64,000 nucleotides of DNA. It comes from an uncultured candidate division Zixibacteria bacterium. GTDB lineage: Bacteria; Zixibacteria; MSB-5A5; UBA10806; 4484-95. A model generated the notes under the pieces. That model made no database searches. It had not been told where the DNA came from and was given only the letters and a program-made list of their open reading frames with translations. Location of the stretch: NCBI GenBank assembly GCA_963668625.2, contig CAXXKA010000008.1:672001-736000 (forward strand), in the 5' to 3' direction. Positions 30,294-40,536 of this stretch are shown here, piece after piece (within the stretch, counting starts at the first letter, position 1; each line of letters begins with the position of its first letter). Made by a program: the position numbers and the translations under genes.

Positions 30294-31880
30294 ATGAACG
30301 ATGACAAACCGGAATCGATGAAAGAAAGCAGCTGCCAGGAGTTGTTCAATGCGATTTCCGACGGTCTGGCTTTTATTGATAGCAGTGATAAATTAGAATA
30401 TTGCAATATCGCCTTAGCCGAGTTCCTCGAGTTCGATGAGCCATCCGAACTGATCGGGCGAAAGCTTACCGAATTTTTCTCAAGCGATAAAGCCACCGAG
30501 CTAAGTATATTCGATAGGTTACGCGATGGTGAAAAATTGAGGTACGAATTTATCGTCAAAACCGGCAAGGGGAACAAGAAATATGCCCTTATCGCTCTAA
30601 CGCCGCGCTATGATAACCAGGGGAAATATATAGGATGTTTCGGTGATATTACCGATATAACCGAGTTAAAAATCATCGAAAAAGCCTCGCGGGAATCAGA
30701 GGCGAAATATAAGACACTGGTGGATAATATCGGAGTGGGAGTCGCCGTTATCGATAAGGAAATGAATTTGTTATCGGTAAACAAATTTTTATATGATGCC
30801 ATCCCCAACCTGGAGGTTAAAAAGAATTGCAAATGCCATAAAACATTCATCCAGCCTCCCCGCGATTCGATCTGCGTGAATTGCCCGGCAATAAAGGTTT
30901 TCGAGGATGGTAAAACGCATCAATCGATAGTCGAAACACCGACATCCGCCGATGTGAAAAGCATTAGACTTGTAGCTACCCCGCTGAGGAATACCGCCGG
31001 TGAGATTTACGCGGTAATCGAAACGGTCGAGGATATCACCGAAATTCAACGAGGCCGGGAGCAGTTGATACAATCGGAAAAATTGGCGGCGCTGGGTACG
31101 TTGTCGGCCGGAGTTGCTCATGAAATCAATAATCCTATGGCTTACATCAACTCCAATCTGATAACGATGCAGAAATATATAAAGAAAATCGATTCCTATA
31201 TAGAAAGAATATCATCCAACCGGGATGACGCCTATGAGAAAATCAAATATATACTGGAGGATTTTCAGGACGCCGTAGATGAGTCGCTCGAGGGGTCTGG
31301 AAGAGTTAGGAAAATAGTTGCCGACTTGAAAAGTTTTACCCGTCTGGATCGCGTTAAAACCGAGTATGCCGATATCAACGAGGGGATAAAGAGCACCTTG
31401 AACATAGTCTGGAACGAGTTGAAATACAAATGCAAGGTAGAAACCGAGTATGGCGATATTCCGATGCTATTTTGTAATGCAAATCAGCTCAACCAGGTAT
31501 TTTTAAACATTTTGATGAATGCCGCTCAAGCCATCGAGAGAAATGATGGATTAATCATGATAAGAACTTGGTGTAATAGTAAAGCGATTCATGTCTCATT
31601 CAAAGATAACGGCAGCGGTATGACCGAGGAGGTGGCCGCCCGAATATTCGAACCTTTTTTCACCACCAAGGAGGTAGGTAGGGGAACCGGTCTGGGTATG
31701 AGCCTGTCATTCGATATCATAAACAAGCACCGAGGTATCATAGAGGTTAGTACCAAACCGAACGAAGGTACTGAATTCGAGATAGTATTGCCACTGGATG
31801 GCTTAAAGCAGTCAAATGAACAATCCGAGGCGGGGGATCGGTCTGATTCTGAAATAAATGTCAGAGAAGCTGCAAATTAA
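30294..31880 (+). CDS. Cytoplasmic PAS-PAS sensor histidine kinase (tandem paralog)
   Basis: AGVAHEINNP, NILMNA, DNGSGM, GTGLGM; colinear with upstream kinase. Confidence 0.93.
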   Translation: MNDDKPESMKESSCQELFNAISDGLAFIDSSDKLEYCNIALAEFLEFDEPSELIGRKLTEFFSSDKATELSIFDRLRDGEKLRYEFIVKTGKGNKKYALIALTPRYDNQGKYIGCFGDITDITELKIIEKASRESEAKYKTLVDNIGVGVAVIDKEMNLLSVNKFLYDAIPNLEVKKNCKCHKTFIQPPRDSICVNCPAIKVFEDGKTHQSIVETPTSADVKSIRLVATPLRNTAGEIYAVIETVEDITEIQRGREQLIQSEKLAALGTLSAGVAHEINNPMAYINSNLITMQKYIKKIDSYIERISSNRDDAYEKIKYILEDFQDAVDESLEGSGRVRKIVADLKSFTRLDRVKTEYADINEGIKSTLNIVWNELKYKCKVETEYGDIPMLFCNANQLNQVFLNILMNAAQAIERNDGLIMIRTWCNSKAIHVSFKDNGSGMTEEVAARIFEPFFTTKEVGRGTGLGMSLSFDIINKHRGIIEVSTKPNEGTEFEIVLPLDGLKQSNEQSEAGDRSDSEINVREAAN

Positions 31881-31940
31881 TACTTTCAATATGGTATTTG
31901 ATGAACCCCACATGCCGCGTGAATTCTTGTATGAATCAGG

Positions 31941-32435
31941 CTATGTAATCGGATAATCATTCCCCTCGGGAATCGGCTTACCTAGATGACGGCACATAGC
32001 CGCTATTTGTCCGGTGTGATGGTACAAATGCGTGAGTGTCCTCATGATCACCTGTGCCGGTATTAGCATCTTCTCTTTATTACCCCAGGTAATCATTGGA
32101 CGCGCGGTTGATAACTCTTCGGTGGTAGCGGATCGGAGGTAATCTTCAGCGATATCGTAAACTTGCTCGCGAAATATTTCCAGTGAATCTACGGTTTGAT
32201 AATCATTCTCATCCATATCGACATCAATACGACCCAGTAATACTCCTATCCAGTATTTCTCCGCGCCTATTATATGATGTATCTGAATTCGTACAGTGGG
32301 ATATCCGAACCCGCTTAGCTCCTTATTCAATTCCTCATCACTGAGTTGATTGCAATGCTGCAGCAAGGTTTTCAGGGTTTGATGAGATCGTTTATGGAAT
32401 TCTTTTAATCCGTCCGAGGTGTACATGTAAGCCAT
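31941..32435 (-). CDS. DinB/YfiT-family protein
   Basis: IHHIIGAEKYW and THLYHHTGQ His motifs. Confidence 0.85.
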   Translation of the reverse strand: MAYMYTSDGLKEFHKRSHQTLKTLLQHCNQLSDEELNKELSGFGYPTVRIQIHHIIGAEKYWIGVLLGRIDVDMDENDYQTVDSLEIFREQVYDIAEDYLRSATTEELSTARPMITWGNKEKMLIPAQVIMRTLTHLYHHTGQIAAMCRHLGKPIPEGNDYPIT

Positions 32436-32624
32436 CCTTGAAACTAGTATTGTTAAATATCAATATATACCATGTAGATAGTAAATAAATATATTACTTT
32501 TTTGTTCCAGAAATATGTCATTTGTCGGATCTCACGACTGCTAAGGCCGTGAATTACCCGGATGAACATTCATTACATCAACGAAGCTATTAGCTTCACT
32601 GCATAGCTCCCGAAATAAATCAGA

Positions 32625-32651
32625 TAAATTAAATGAATAATGTATCGATAA
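32625..32651 (+). promoter_or_regulatory. Putative sigma28 (FliA/WhiG)-type promoter
   Basis: TAAA-N15-ATCGATAA upstream of ORF 32690. Confidence 0.45.
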
Positions 32652-32689
32652 TGTGAATAGATATGTTTTGCTTTCAATCGTAACCGGAG

Positions 32690-33154
32690 GTGGTAATGTA
32701 TTCGATTAACGGTGTATCATCAACAATTGCCTTAACTGAAATCAATGCTCAATCTGTCAAATCCAGTAAAACTGCGTTAAATTCCCAAACCCCAATCGAG
32801 AATGGTAGCGATGAGCTAATCTGGTGTCAGCTTGGCAGAGAATACGATGTGCACGATATCAACACGGAACAAAGAGCCGCGCTTTCCCAAAAGCTATATG
32901 ATGCAGGCCAAATTTCCCTGGCTGACCATGCTATACTATCTTTCGATGGCGAACGTAATTTGCCATCAGGGAGCACGTTTTTAACCGAACCTACAAGCAA
33001 CGGTGGTTATGATATTATTTCCGAATTCAAGGCGCGAATCGAACTGGACAAGCAAATGAACAACGAGCAGAACGCCCAAAACAATCAGCGCATTCTCGAC
33101 ATTTTAAACCATCTGGAAAGCGCAGCCGCCAAACCTATAGAGATTGTAGCATGA
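32690..33154 (+). CDS. Hypothetical protein (start possibly ATG 32696)
   Basis: GGAGGT RBS; low-complexity S/T-rich N-terminus, helical C-terminus. Confidence 0.7.
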   Translation: MVMYSINGVSSTIALTEINAQSVKSSKTALNSQTPIENGSDELIWCQLGREYDVHDINTEQRAALSQKLYDAGQISLADHAILSFDGERNLPSGSTFLTEPTSNGGYDIISEFKARIELDKQMNNEQNAQNNQRILDILNHLESAAAKPIEIVA

Positions 33155-33407
33155 TAGATCAAGTCCACTCGGGACTTGACTGACCCGCACAGGTGATTGC
33201 AAACGTGACATATATGATATAACAGTGCGTATGGTTAATTCGTTAGCTGGTCGCTTCCGGATGAACCTTTTGCGTCTCGATATTTTAAACATGAAATAAA
33301 ATGGCGAATGACATGTGTGATCCAATTTCCCTAAACAGAATATTTTCGGTAACCAAATCACGACAATCTTCGTATTACCTGAAGAATATAAAAGATATGA
33401 GGTGTAA

Positions 33408-34325
33408 ATGAATCCAGGTTTAATACGGACAATGCTAACAGTCTTCATACTGCTGACAACCGGTGTCACTTATGTTTTCACTGATGAAATACGTAAAGAT
33501 GATTCTATTCCGGTTGAGTTCGAGTCGATCCTCGATAGCGATGGTATCGATAAAGCGGTTGAATTTCTTCAAACGAAGCAAAATTCGCTGCCGTCAGATA
33601 GCCTGCTTGATATCAGCGGTATGATAGAAAAATCAGTGTCGGAGTTCTCTGATGGCGACAGGCAATTCGGCATCGATATGATGCTGGCGCTCGGTGAATT
33701 TCGGCCCGAGAATGTCTCGGTTAACTCGGTTTTAGGGCAATTTTTCTGGTATGAGGATGATCGGGATAATTGTATCAAGTATTTTAAGAAAACGCTCGAG
33801 CTTGATCCTGAGCATCGCGAGGCAAAGATCTACATGAAAAGGCTGTTTTTCGTGCCGGATGATTTTGTGCCGCCTCAGAAATTTGAGACCAAACGATATA
33901 CGATCATGCCGATCAAGGAATCCCACGCGCATCTCGATTTTGAGGCGTTGAAAGGCAGCGTCGAGCATCTGCAGGGCACTTTCGGGCCCGGCGATACCTG
34001 GCCCGCTGAGGTCACCATTGAGGAGAATATCGAGGTGCTGGGCTGGCACGAGCAGGAGTTTGCCAAACGCATAGGGTTTGTCTATACCGTGATGAATCAT
34101 GACGAGACCAAAGTGCTTGGCTGCATTTATATCTACCCCTCGCGCCTGGATAGTTACGATGCCGAGTCGATATGCTGGGTAACCAAAGCGGAGTACGACC
34201 TCGGCATGGATTCGGTGCTATATAATGATCTTCAAACCTGGCTTACTAAGGATTGGCCTTTCGAGAAGGTAGTATACCCCGGCCGCTCGATAGACTGGGC
34301 GGAGTTTTTAGATAAGATACAGTAG
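33408..34325 (+). CDS. Exported TPR plus GNAT-like domain protein
   Basis: Signal peptide; TPR-like YFKKTLELDPEH; C-terminal FVPDDFVPP...LGCIYIYP...WPF GNAT-like domain. Confidence 0.7.
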   Translation: MNPGLIRTMLTVFILLTTGVTYVFTDEIRKDDSIPVEFESILDSDGIDKAVEFLQTKQNSLPSDSLLDISGMIEKSVSEFSDGDRQFGIDMMLALGEFRPENVSVNSVLGQFFWYEDDRDNCIKYFKKTLELDPEHREAKIYMKRLFFVPDDFVPPQKFETKRYTIMPIKESHAHLDFEALKGSVEHLQGTFGPGDTWPAEVTIEENIEVLGWHEQEFAKRIGFVYTVMNHDETKVLGCIYIYPSRLDSYDAESICWVTKAEYDLGMDSVLYNDLQTWLTKDWPFEKVVYPGRSIDWAEFLDKIQ

Positions 34326-34370
34326 GTCACGCGCATTCGTGGATCAACCCGTTACGATTAACGATGGCAG

Positions 34371-34405
34371 TTATTGCGTGGTAGCGGAGCGGACGAAGCA
34401 ATCTG
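34371..34405. repeat. REP-like element
   Basis: TTATTGCGTGGTAGCGGAGCGGACGAAGCAATCTG, resembling the ATTGCGAG...GAAGCAATC palindrome family. Confidence 0.45.
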
Positions 34406-34597
34406 TAAGATTGTGGTAGTAGTGTGTTTGCTATACTGGGGCTGGAGTTTTTTGGGGGAATTACAAAAAATTATACTTGACTTTGATACTTATATTAATG
34501 ATTTTATAGTGGTTTTGGTCAATTAGTTTAGGCCTATTTTTTACCAAATATATCTGTTAAACATCTTAAATGTGGAAAAGGATTTAGGAAGTATTTT

Positions 34598-36409
34598 ATG
34601 AAAGGTAATCCATTTCAAGATACAAATCCTGATATTGATAATAATAGTTTTTTAAGAACACCTCAACGTGAGGCATTTAAATCAATATCTAGTCTAGAAA
34701 ATGATCAAAAATCGCCAAGAGAAGTAGGAATAGTAATGCCTGTTGGTTGTGGTAAATCCGGATGTATTACTCTTGCGCCTTTCGCGTTACATTCAATGCG
34801 TACTTTAGTCGTAGCACCAAATATAAATATAGCTAAACAGTTAATGGGTGATTTTGATCCTGCAAATCAAAATATGTTTTATATTAAATGTGAAATCATT
34901 GAAAAGCCACCTTATCCAGAACCGGTAGAAATAAGAGGTCGGAGTTCAAATTTATCTGATTTAGAAGAATCAGATGTAGTTGTCACTAATATTCAACAAT
35001 TGCAGGGAGAAAATAATAGATGGCTCCAGCAATTGCCACCTGACTTTTTTGATTTAATTCTATTCGATGAAGCGCACCACAATGTGGCTTCGAGCTGGGA
35101 GGTTTTAAGAAAAAGTTTCCCTGATGCGCGTATTATTAATTTTAGCGCTACTCCTCAAAGAGCTGATGGACAGCTTATGACAGGGGCCATTATCTATTCG
35201 TATCCATTATTTCAAGCTATACAAGAAGGTTATGTAAAAAGATTAAAAGCAATTGTTCTTAATCCAGCAACATTAAAGTATGTTAGGAGAGAAGACCAAC
35301 AAGAAATTGAAGTATCTTTGCCGGAAGTTTATCGATTAGGAGAACAAGATTCTGGTTTTAGAAGGAGTATTGTTACATCACAAGAAACTTTGTCTACTAT
35401 TGTTGATGCTTCTATAAGGGAATTAGATAGAATTCGAGAAGAGACTTCTGAAAAAAGGCATAAAATTATTGCATCAGCTTTAAACTATGAACATTGCATA
35501 CAGATAGTGGAATGTTATCGATCAAAGGGAAAACGAGTTGGATATGTACATAGCCGTGAAGGTTCCGCTATAAATGATGAGGTTTATCAGAAATTGGAAA
35601 ACCATGAAATTGATGTAATCGTTCAAGTTAAAAAACTTGGTGAAGGTTTTGATCATCCGTATTTATCAGTTGCTGCTGTATTTAGCATATTTAGGTCGTT
35701 ATCTCCGTTTGTCCAATTTGTTGGAAGGATTATGAGAGTTATTGCTCATGGAGATCCAAGTAATATTCAAAATCAAGGTTCCGTTGTTTTTCATGCTGGC
35801 GCAAATGTCGCGAGAAGATGGGAAGATTTTCAAACATTTAGTCAAGCCGATCAAGAATATTTTGATCAGTTGTTGCCTATTGTAGGCTTAGATTTTTCCT
35901 CAGCATCGGAAATAGAGATAAATCCTGATAGTACTCATCAAATAATACCCTCTAATCAATTTGAAGTGAATTCTCAAACATCTATTTATCTTCAGGAAAT
36001 ACCTTTATTATCTCAAGATGTTGAAGCTCAAAGAGCTTTTGAGCTTTTGCGTTCAAGAGGGTTTACAGTAGATGATTATAAGCGTGCTCTTGAATTGCAG
36101 CCTGTGCCTACAACGCGTGTACGTGAACGACAAGCCAAAAGACATACCCTTGATGATAATATTAAAACAGCCACCGGGAAAATACTTGCGGAACGGAAGA
36201 TTAATCCAGGTGGCTTTGATTTAGATAATAATCATTTAGGAAGAACGAATTTTGTAATATTAAAATCAGCAATTGATAAAAAAATAAATAACTTTGTTAA
36301 TAGGCCTAGCAACCAAAGGAGCGAGTTTTCTAGGCAAGAACTTGATTTAATTAATGAAAACTTTGAAAATCTAATTAACGAGATAATATCGGAGTTGTTT
36401 GATGGCTAG
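34598..36409 (+). CDS. Superfamily-2 DEAH-box helicase (ResIII-like), AT-rich
   Basis: LRTPQREA, MPVGCGKS, FDEAHH, FSATP, LGEGFD, QFVGRIMR motifs. Confidence 0.92.
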   Translation: MKGNPFQDTNPDIDNNSFLRTPQREAFKSISSLENDQKSPREVGIVMPVGCGKSGCITLAPFALHSMRTLVVAPNINIAKQLMGDFDPANQNMFYIKCEIIEKPPYPEPVEIRGRSSNLSDLEESDVVVTNIQQLQGENNRWLQQLPPDFFDLILFDEAHHNVASSWEVLRKSFPDARIINFSATPQRADGQLMTGAIIYSYPLFQAIQEGYVKRLKAIVLNPATLKYVRREDQQEIEVSLPEVYRLGEQDSGFRRSIVTSQETLSTIVDASIRELDRIREETSEKRHKIIASALNYEHCIQIVECYRSKGKRVGYVHSREGSAINDEVYQKLENHEIDVIVQVKKLGEGFDHPYLSVAAVFSIFRSLSPFVQFVGRIMRVIAHGDPSNIQNQGSVVFHAGANVARRWEDFQTFSQADQEYFDQLLPIVGLDFSSASEIEINPDSTHQIIPSNQFEVNSQTSIYLQEIPLLSQDVEAQRAFELLRSRGFTVDDYKRALELQPVPTTRVRERQAKRHTLDDNIKTATGKILAERKINPGGFDLDNNHLGRTNFVILKSAIDKKINNFVNRPSNQRSEFSRQELDLINENFENLINEIISELFDG

Positions 36410-36629
36410 GCATAAATCTTTTCTTAAGAATATTAAGGTTGACATTGTACAAAAAGCACATAATTGCCAGCATAATTCCTCACATCGATTAGAGAAAGGG
36501 ATGAAAAGGTTAAAGCTATCACACTCAGGTCAGCGTTCACCAGAACATTTCTGTAAATCTTGTGCAATTGAAGGATTGAATCAAGATCTTAAGAAAATAG
36601 AAAAAATACTAGATGAACTTGAGTCATAA
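36402..36629 (+). CDS. Small putative zinc-finger protein translationally coupled to the helicase
   Basis: GGAG RBS at 36391; overlaps helicase stop; CQHNSSH...HFCKSC; C-terminal amphipathic helix. Confidence 0.75.
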   Translation: MARHKSFLKNIKVDIVQKAHNCQHNSSHRLEKGMKRLKLSHSGQRSPEHFCKSCAIEGLNQDLKKIEKILDELES

Positions 36630-36710
36630 TTATTTTACATCTTCTAGAACAAAAGAAACAACACCTTAAAAATCCGCCCCGTTAATATGTAAACGCGGGT
36701 TAGTCTTCGG

Positions 36711-38111
36711 CTACGGCAGCACCTTCCCGGGATTCAACACCCCCTTCGGATCAAACACGTTCTTTATCCCGCGCATCAGATCCAGCTCGGTCTCCGAGCA
36801 GGCTATTTTCAGATACTCTTTCTGTACCCAGCCTATGCCGTGCTCACCCGATATCGTGCCGCCTAATTTTACCACCTCCGTAAACAGCTCTGCAATCGCT
36901 TTGGGCAGCTCGTTACGCCAGCGCTCCTCGGTGATATCTTTCTTGATGATATTGCAGTGGATGTTGCCATCCCCGGCATGGCCGTAGCTTATGGTGGTTA
37001 TATTATGACGTTCCGATATCTCCTTGATCTTCTCGACTAACTCCGGCAGTTTGGAACGCGGGACGACCGTGTCCTCCTCCTTGTACGGCGCTATCGATTT
37101 TACCGCCTCGCCTATTTTGCGACGGGTATCCCATAGCTCGGCCTGCTTGGTGGGGTTATCGGCTATGAAGACATCAATGGCGTTACCCTCCAGGCATATC
37201 TCCCCGATATGCTCGGCCTGCTGCTCCAGAAGGTCCGGGTAGTTGCCATCGATTTCTAAAAGCAGTAACGCCGCCGAATCGGAGTAAGGAAACTTGCGCT
37301 CGAACTTGTCCTCAGCCGCTTTGATCGCCCGCTGCTCGATGAACTCCGCCGCCGAGGGGACTATGCGGTTGACGAATATCTGCGTTAATGTCTGGGCCGC
37401 CTCCTTGAGCGAGTTAAACGGTACCAGCATCGTTTGTACATATTTGGGTTTGGCGATGACTTTCAGCGTTATTTCCGTGACCACAGCCAGGGTGCCCTCG
37501 GCTCCCACCAGAAGCTGCACCAGGTTGTAGCCAGAGACGTTTTTCAGTAGCTTGCCGCCGGAGGAGAATATACGGCCATCTGGAAGTACTGCTTTAAGGC
37601 CATACACGTAATCCTTGGTGACACCATATTTGACAGCGCGCGGCCCGCCGGAGTTTTCGGCGATATTGCCGCCTATGAGGCACGATTCTTTCGAGGCCGG
37701 ATCGACCGGGTAGAACAGGCCCTGCTCCTCGAGCGTGTCCTGCAGCACTTTCACTATGACGCCCGGCTGCGTTACCACCATCATGTTGTCAACATCTATT
37801 TCAAGTATCCGATTAAGCCGCTCGAGGGAGAGCACCACGCCGCCGTAAACAGGCAGCGCCCCGCCGGAAAGCCCGGTACCGCCGCCGCGAGGGGTGACCG
37901 GAATAGTATGCTCGTTGCAGAGTTTCAGTATTGCCGAGATCTGATCGGTATCAGCGGGCTTGACCGCGACCTCGGGCCAGTACTTGAGGTCCTCGGTTTC
38001 ATCGTGAGAGTATGGTTCTATATCGAACTTTTCTGTCAGGACATAGTCATTCCCGACAATTGCTTTGAGTTTAGTGAGGATCTCATTGTCTATTTTATTA
38101 AACTCTGTCAT
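36711..38111 (-). CDS. FAD-linked oxidase, GlcD/D-lactate dehydrogenase family
   Basis: PRGGGTGLSGGA, GGNIAENSGG, KYGVT, GAEGTL, GHAGDGNIH, SGEHGIG, NPGK. Confidence 0.93.
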   Translation of the reverse strand: MTEFNKIDNEILTKLKAIVGNDYVLTEKFDIEPYSHDETEDLKYWPEVAVKPADTDQISAILKLCNEHTIPVTPRGGGTGLSGGALPVYGGVVLSLERLNRILEIDVDNMMVVTQPGVIVKVLQDTLEEQGLFYPVDPASKESCLIGGNIAENSGGPRAVKYGVTKDYVYGLKAVLPDGRIFSSGGKLLKNVSGYNLVQLLVGAEGTLAVVTEITLKVIAKPKYVQTMLVPFNSLKEAAQTLTQIFVNRIVPSAAEFIEQRAIKAAEDKFERKFPYSDSAALLLLEIDGNYPDLLEQQAEHIGEICLEGNAIDVFIADNPTKQAELWDTRRKIGEAVKSIAPYKEEDTVVPRSKLPELVEKIKEISERHNITTISYGHAGDGNIHCNIIKKDITEERWRNELPKAIAELFTEVVKLGGTISGEHGIGWVQKEYLKIACSETELDLMRGIKNVFDPKGVLNPGKVLP

Positions 38112-38241
38112 ACTAGTTCCCTTTGTTAACATTTATCCTCAATAATATGTTTTCCGGGGCTTAAATCAAATAAAAATTGAATCATACCCTTTATTAATAT
38201 ATATTTAGCGCTTAAAATATTTAAAGTATTTACAAGGAGGA

Positions 38242-39207
38242 GTGATGAGAAAATCAGTAGTAATATTCACGTTATTTGCCCTGCTAGCTATGTTCGCTAT
38301 GGCGCAGGCGGATGTTATCGTGAAACAGGAGGCCAAATCCAGCGCTATGGGCATGATGGAGATGGAGATCAAAACCGTCGAGTATGTCCGTGCCGATATG
38401 AGCGCCTCGGAGCAGACAACCCTGGCCAAAGGGGGGATGGCTGTAATGTTCGGTGGCGCCGACAAAGAGATCAAAAATGTCATGGTGAACCGTCTCGATA
38501 AGGGTGTCATGTGGGATATCAACATCGATGAGAAATCTTATTTCGAAACCCGCTTGGACTCGTATAAAGAGATGATCGGTGGGGATGATGAAGATGCTTA
38601 CACCGATGAAGATGAAATAGATGAGGAGGACGATTACGAGTGGACCGTAGATATCCAGACCAAAGACAAACCTGTTGATATTAACGGTTTCTCCTGCAAA
38701 GGCTATATCGCCACTGCTAAAGGTGTCAGCAAGAAAGATCCCAACGAAAAAAGCGAGCTTTATTTCGAATACTGGTATTCCAACGATGTTGAGGGCTATG
38801 ACGAGTTAAAGGAATACGGTGAAAATTTCGCCAAGATCACCGGTGTGGATTTGGTAGAGTCGCAGAAAGAAACCGGGAAAGTATTCAGCCAGTACGGTGA
38901 TGAGTTCTCCAAGATATTCGAGAAGATGGGCGATGCCGACGGCTACCCGATCAAGACCGTAGTTACTGTCAAAGGCGCCGGCGGTGATACGCCCTCTATG
39001 GATGAAGAGGAGATGGACGAAAGCAAGATGCCGGCCGGTGTGATGAATATGATGAAGGGCATGATGGGCGGCAAGGATAAATCCGAGGACGGTATGGCCA
39101 CGCTTTTTTCAGTCACTAATGTAGTGACAAGTATCGAGAAAAAGGGTGTTGAGGACGGCAAATTCGAGATCCCCGAGGGATTCGAGAAAGAATCTTCCAG
39201 ATACTAA
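38242..39207 (+). CDS. Secreted DUF4412-like protein
   Basis: Signal peptide ending AQA; INGFSCKGY, EYWYS, GYPIKT, FEIPEGF. Confidence 0.7.
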   Translation: MMRKSVVIFTLFALLAMFAMAQADVIVKQEAKSSAMGMMEMEIKTVEYVRADMSASEQTTLAKGGMAVMFGGADKEIKNVMVNRLDKGVMWDINIDEKSYFETRLDSYKEMIGGDDEDAYTDEDEIDEEDDYEWTVDIQTKDKPVDINGFSCKGYIATAKGVSKKDPNEKSELYFEYWYSNDVEGYDELKEYGENFAKITGVDLVESQKETGKVFSQYGDEFSKIFEKMGDADGYPIKTVVTVKGAGGDTPSMDEEEMDESKMPAGVMNMMKGMMGGKDKSEDGMATLFSVTNVVTSIEKKGVEDGKFEIPEGFEKESSRY

Positions 39208-39231
39208 TATTAGTTCGAGATAGAATTAAAC

Positions 39232-39262
39232 AGCCGGTTCAACATCAGATCCGGCTTTTTTT
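39232..39262 (+). terminator. Intrinsic terminator
   Basis: AGCCGG...CCGGCT followed by T run. Confidence 0.6.
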
Positions 39263-39299
39263 ATTGTAGAAATCGTGGCGATTGATTATATCATCAGCC

Positions 39300-40487
39300 A
39301 TGCTAACGGTTAAGCTTAAAAATGGCCGCGAGAAATCGGTGCGTAATTTTCATCCCTGGCTTTTCTCCGGGGCTATAGGTAAAGTCGAGGGGAGGCCCTC
39401 ACCGGGCGAGATAGTGCGCATTGCCGATAGCGGTAACAATTTCCTGGCCTATGGTTATTATAATCACAAACCGCAAATTACCGTCAGGATTCTGGAGTGG
39501 GCCGAAACTGCCATAATTGATGATACCTGGTGGTATGATAAAATCGCCGAGTCCATTGCTCGTAGAAATAAACTGGCGAGTGAGAAATCAACCGATTCAT
39601 ATCGCTTAGTCCATGCCGAGTGTGACAGACTGCCCGGACTAATCGTTGATAAATACTCGGATCGTATCGTGGTGCAATCCTCAACCGCCGGAGTAGACAG
39701 AGCTAAGGATGCTATCGTTAAATCATTGGTCGAACTTCTGAGCCCGGCCTGTATCTTCGAACGCAGTGATATGGAGACACGTAAGCTGGAGGGATTAAAA
39801 GAATCCTCAGGATTATTATATGGTGATAAGATGCCTGAAGAATTGATTATCCGGGAAAACGGATTAAAATTCGCAGTCGATATCGCCAGTGGGCAGAAAA
39901 CAGGTTTCTATCTGGATCAGCGGGCAAATCGTAGAAAAGTAGCCGAGCATGTTGCCGGGCTTGATATCCTCGATTGCTTCAGCCATACCGGGGCTTTTTC
40001 GGTTTATGCCTTAAAAGCAGAAGCCCGCTCAGTGACCCTTCTTGACAGCTCTAAGGCTAGCCTCGCACTGGCTCGTCGTAATATCGAATTAAATGATTTC
40101 ACCGGCGACCGAGCGGATTATATCGCCGGGGATGCTTTCGAAATTCTGAGACGATTCCGGGAGCAGGGTAGAAAGTTCGATATGGTAATACTTGATCCGC
40201 CTAAATTCGCCGCCAGTCGGAGCAATCTAAAGAAAGCCCTTACCGGTTATAAAGATATAAATATGTTGGGTATAGACCTGCTCAAGCCGGGCGGCTATCT
40301 CGCCAGTTATTCCTGCTCCTCAGCAGTTGATTACGAAACATTGAAACTGGTGTTATTCTGGGCTGCGATCGATACCGGCAGAATTCTCCAAATACATCAC
40401 GATTTTTCTCAGGGGGATGATCATCCCCGATTAGCCTCATTCCCTGAGGGGACATATCTTAAAGGATTTGGCTGCCGGGCGTTATAA
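39300..40487 (+). CDS. rlmI: 23S rRNA m5C1962 methyltransferase (RlmI family)
   Basis: HPWLFSG PUA domain, DRLPGLIVDKY, GQKTGFYLDQR, LDPPKF, SCS, YLKG. Confidence 0.88.
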   Translation: MLTVKLKNGREKSVRNFHPWLFSGAIGKVEGRPSPGEIVRIADSGNNFLAYGYYNHKPQITVRILEWAETAIIDDTWWYDKIAESIARRNKLASEKSTDSYRLVHAECDRLPGLIVDKYSDRIVVQSSTAGVDRAKDAIVKSLVELLSPACIFERSDMETRKLEGLKESSGLLYGDKMPEELIIRENGLKFAVDIASGQKTGFYLDQRANRRKVAEHVAGLDILDCFSHTGAFSVYALKAEARSVTLLDSSKASLALARRNIELNDFTGDRADYIAGDAFEILRRFREQGRKFDMVILDPPKFAASRSNLKKALTGYKDINMLGIDLLKPGGYLASYSCSSAVDYETLKLVLFWAAIDTGRILQIHHDFSQGDDHPRLASFPEGTYLKGFGCRAL

Positions 40488-40536
40488 TAATTGGTTTGTA
40501 AAAAACTAAAATTGATCCGTGGCTGGAGTACATCCT

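Noticed and set aside
34598-36409. Type III restriction enzyme Res subunit
   Set aside because: No adjacent Mod methyltransferase and no visible C-terminal PD-(D/E)xK motif
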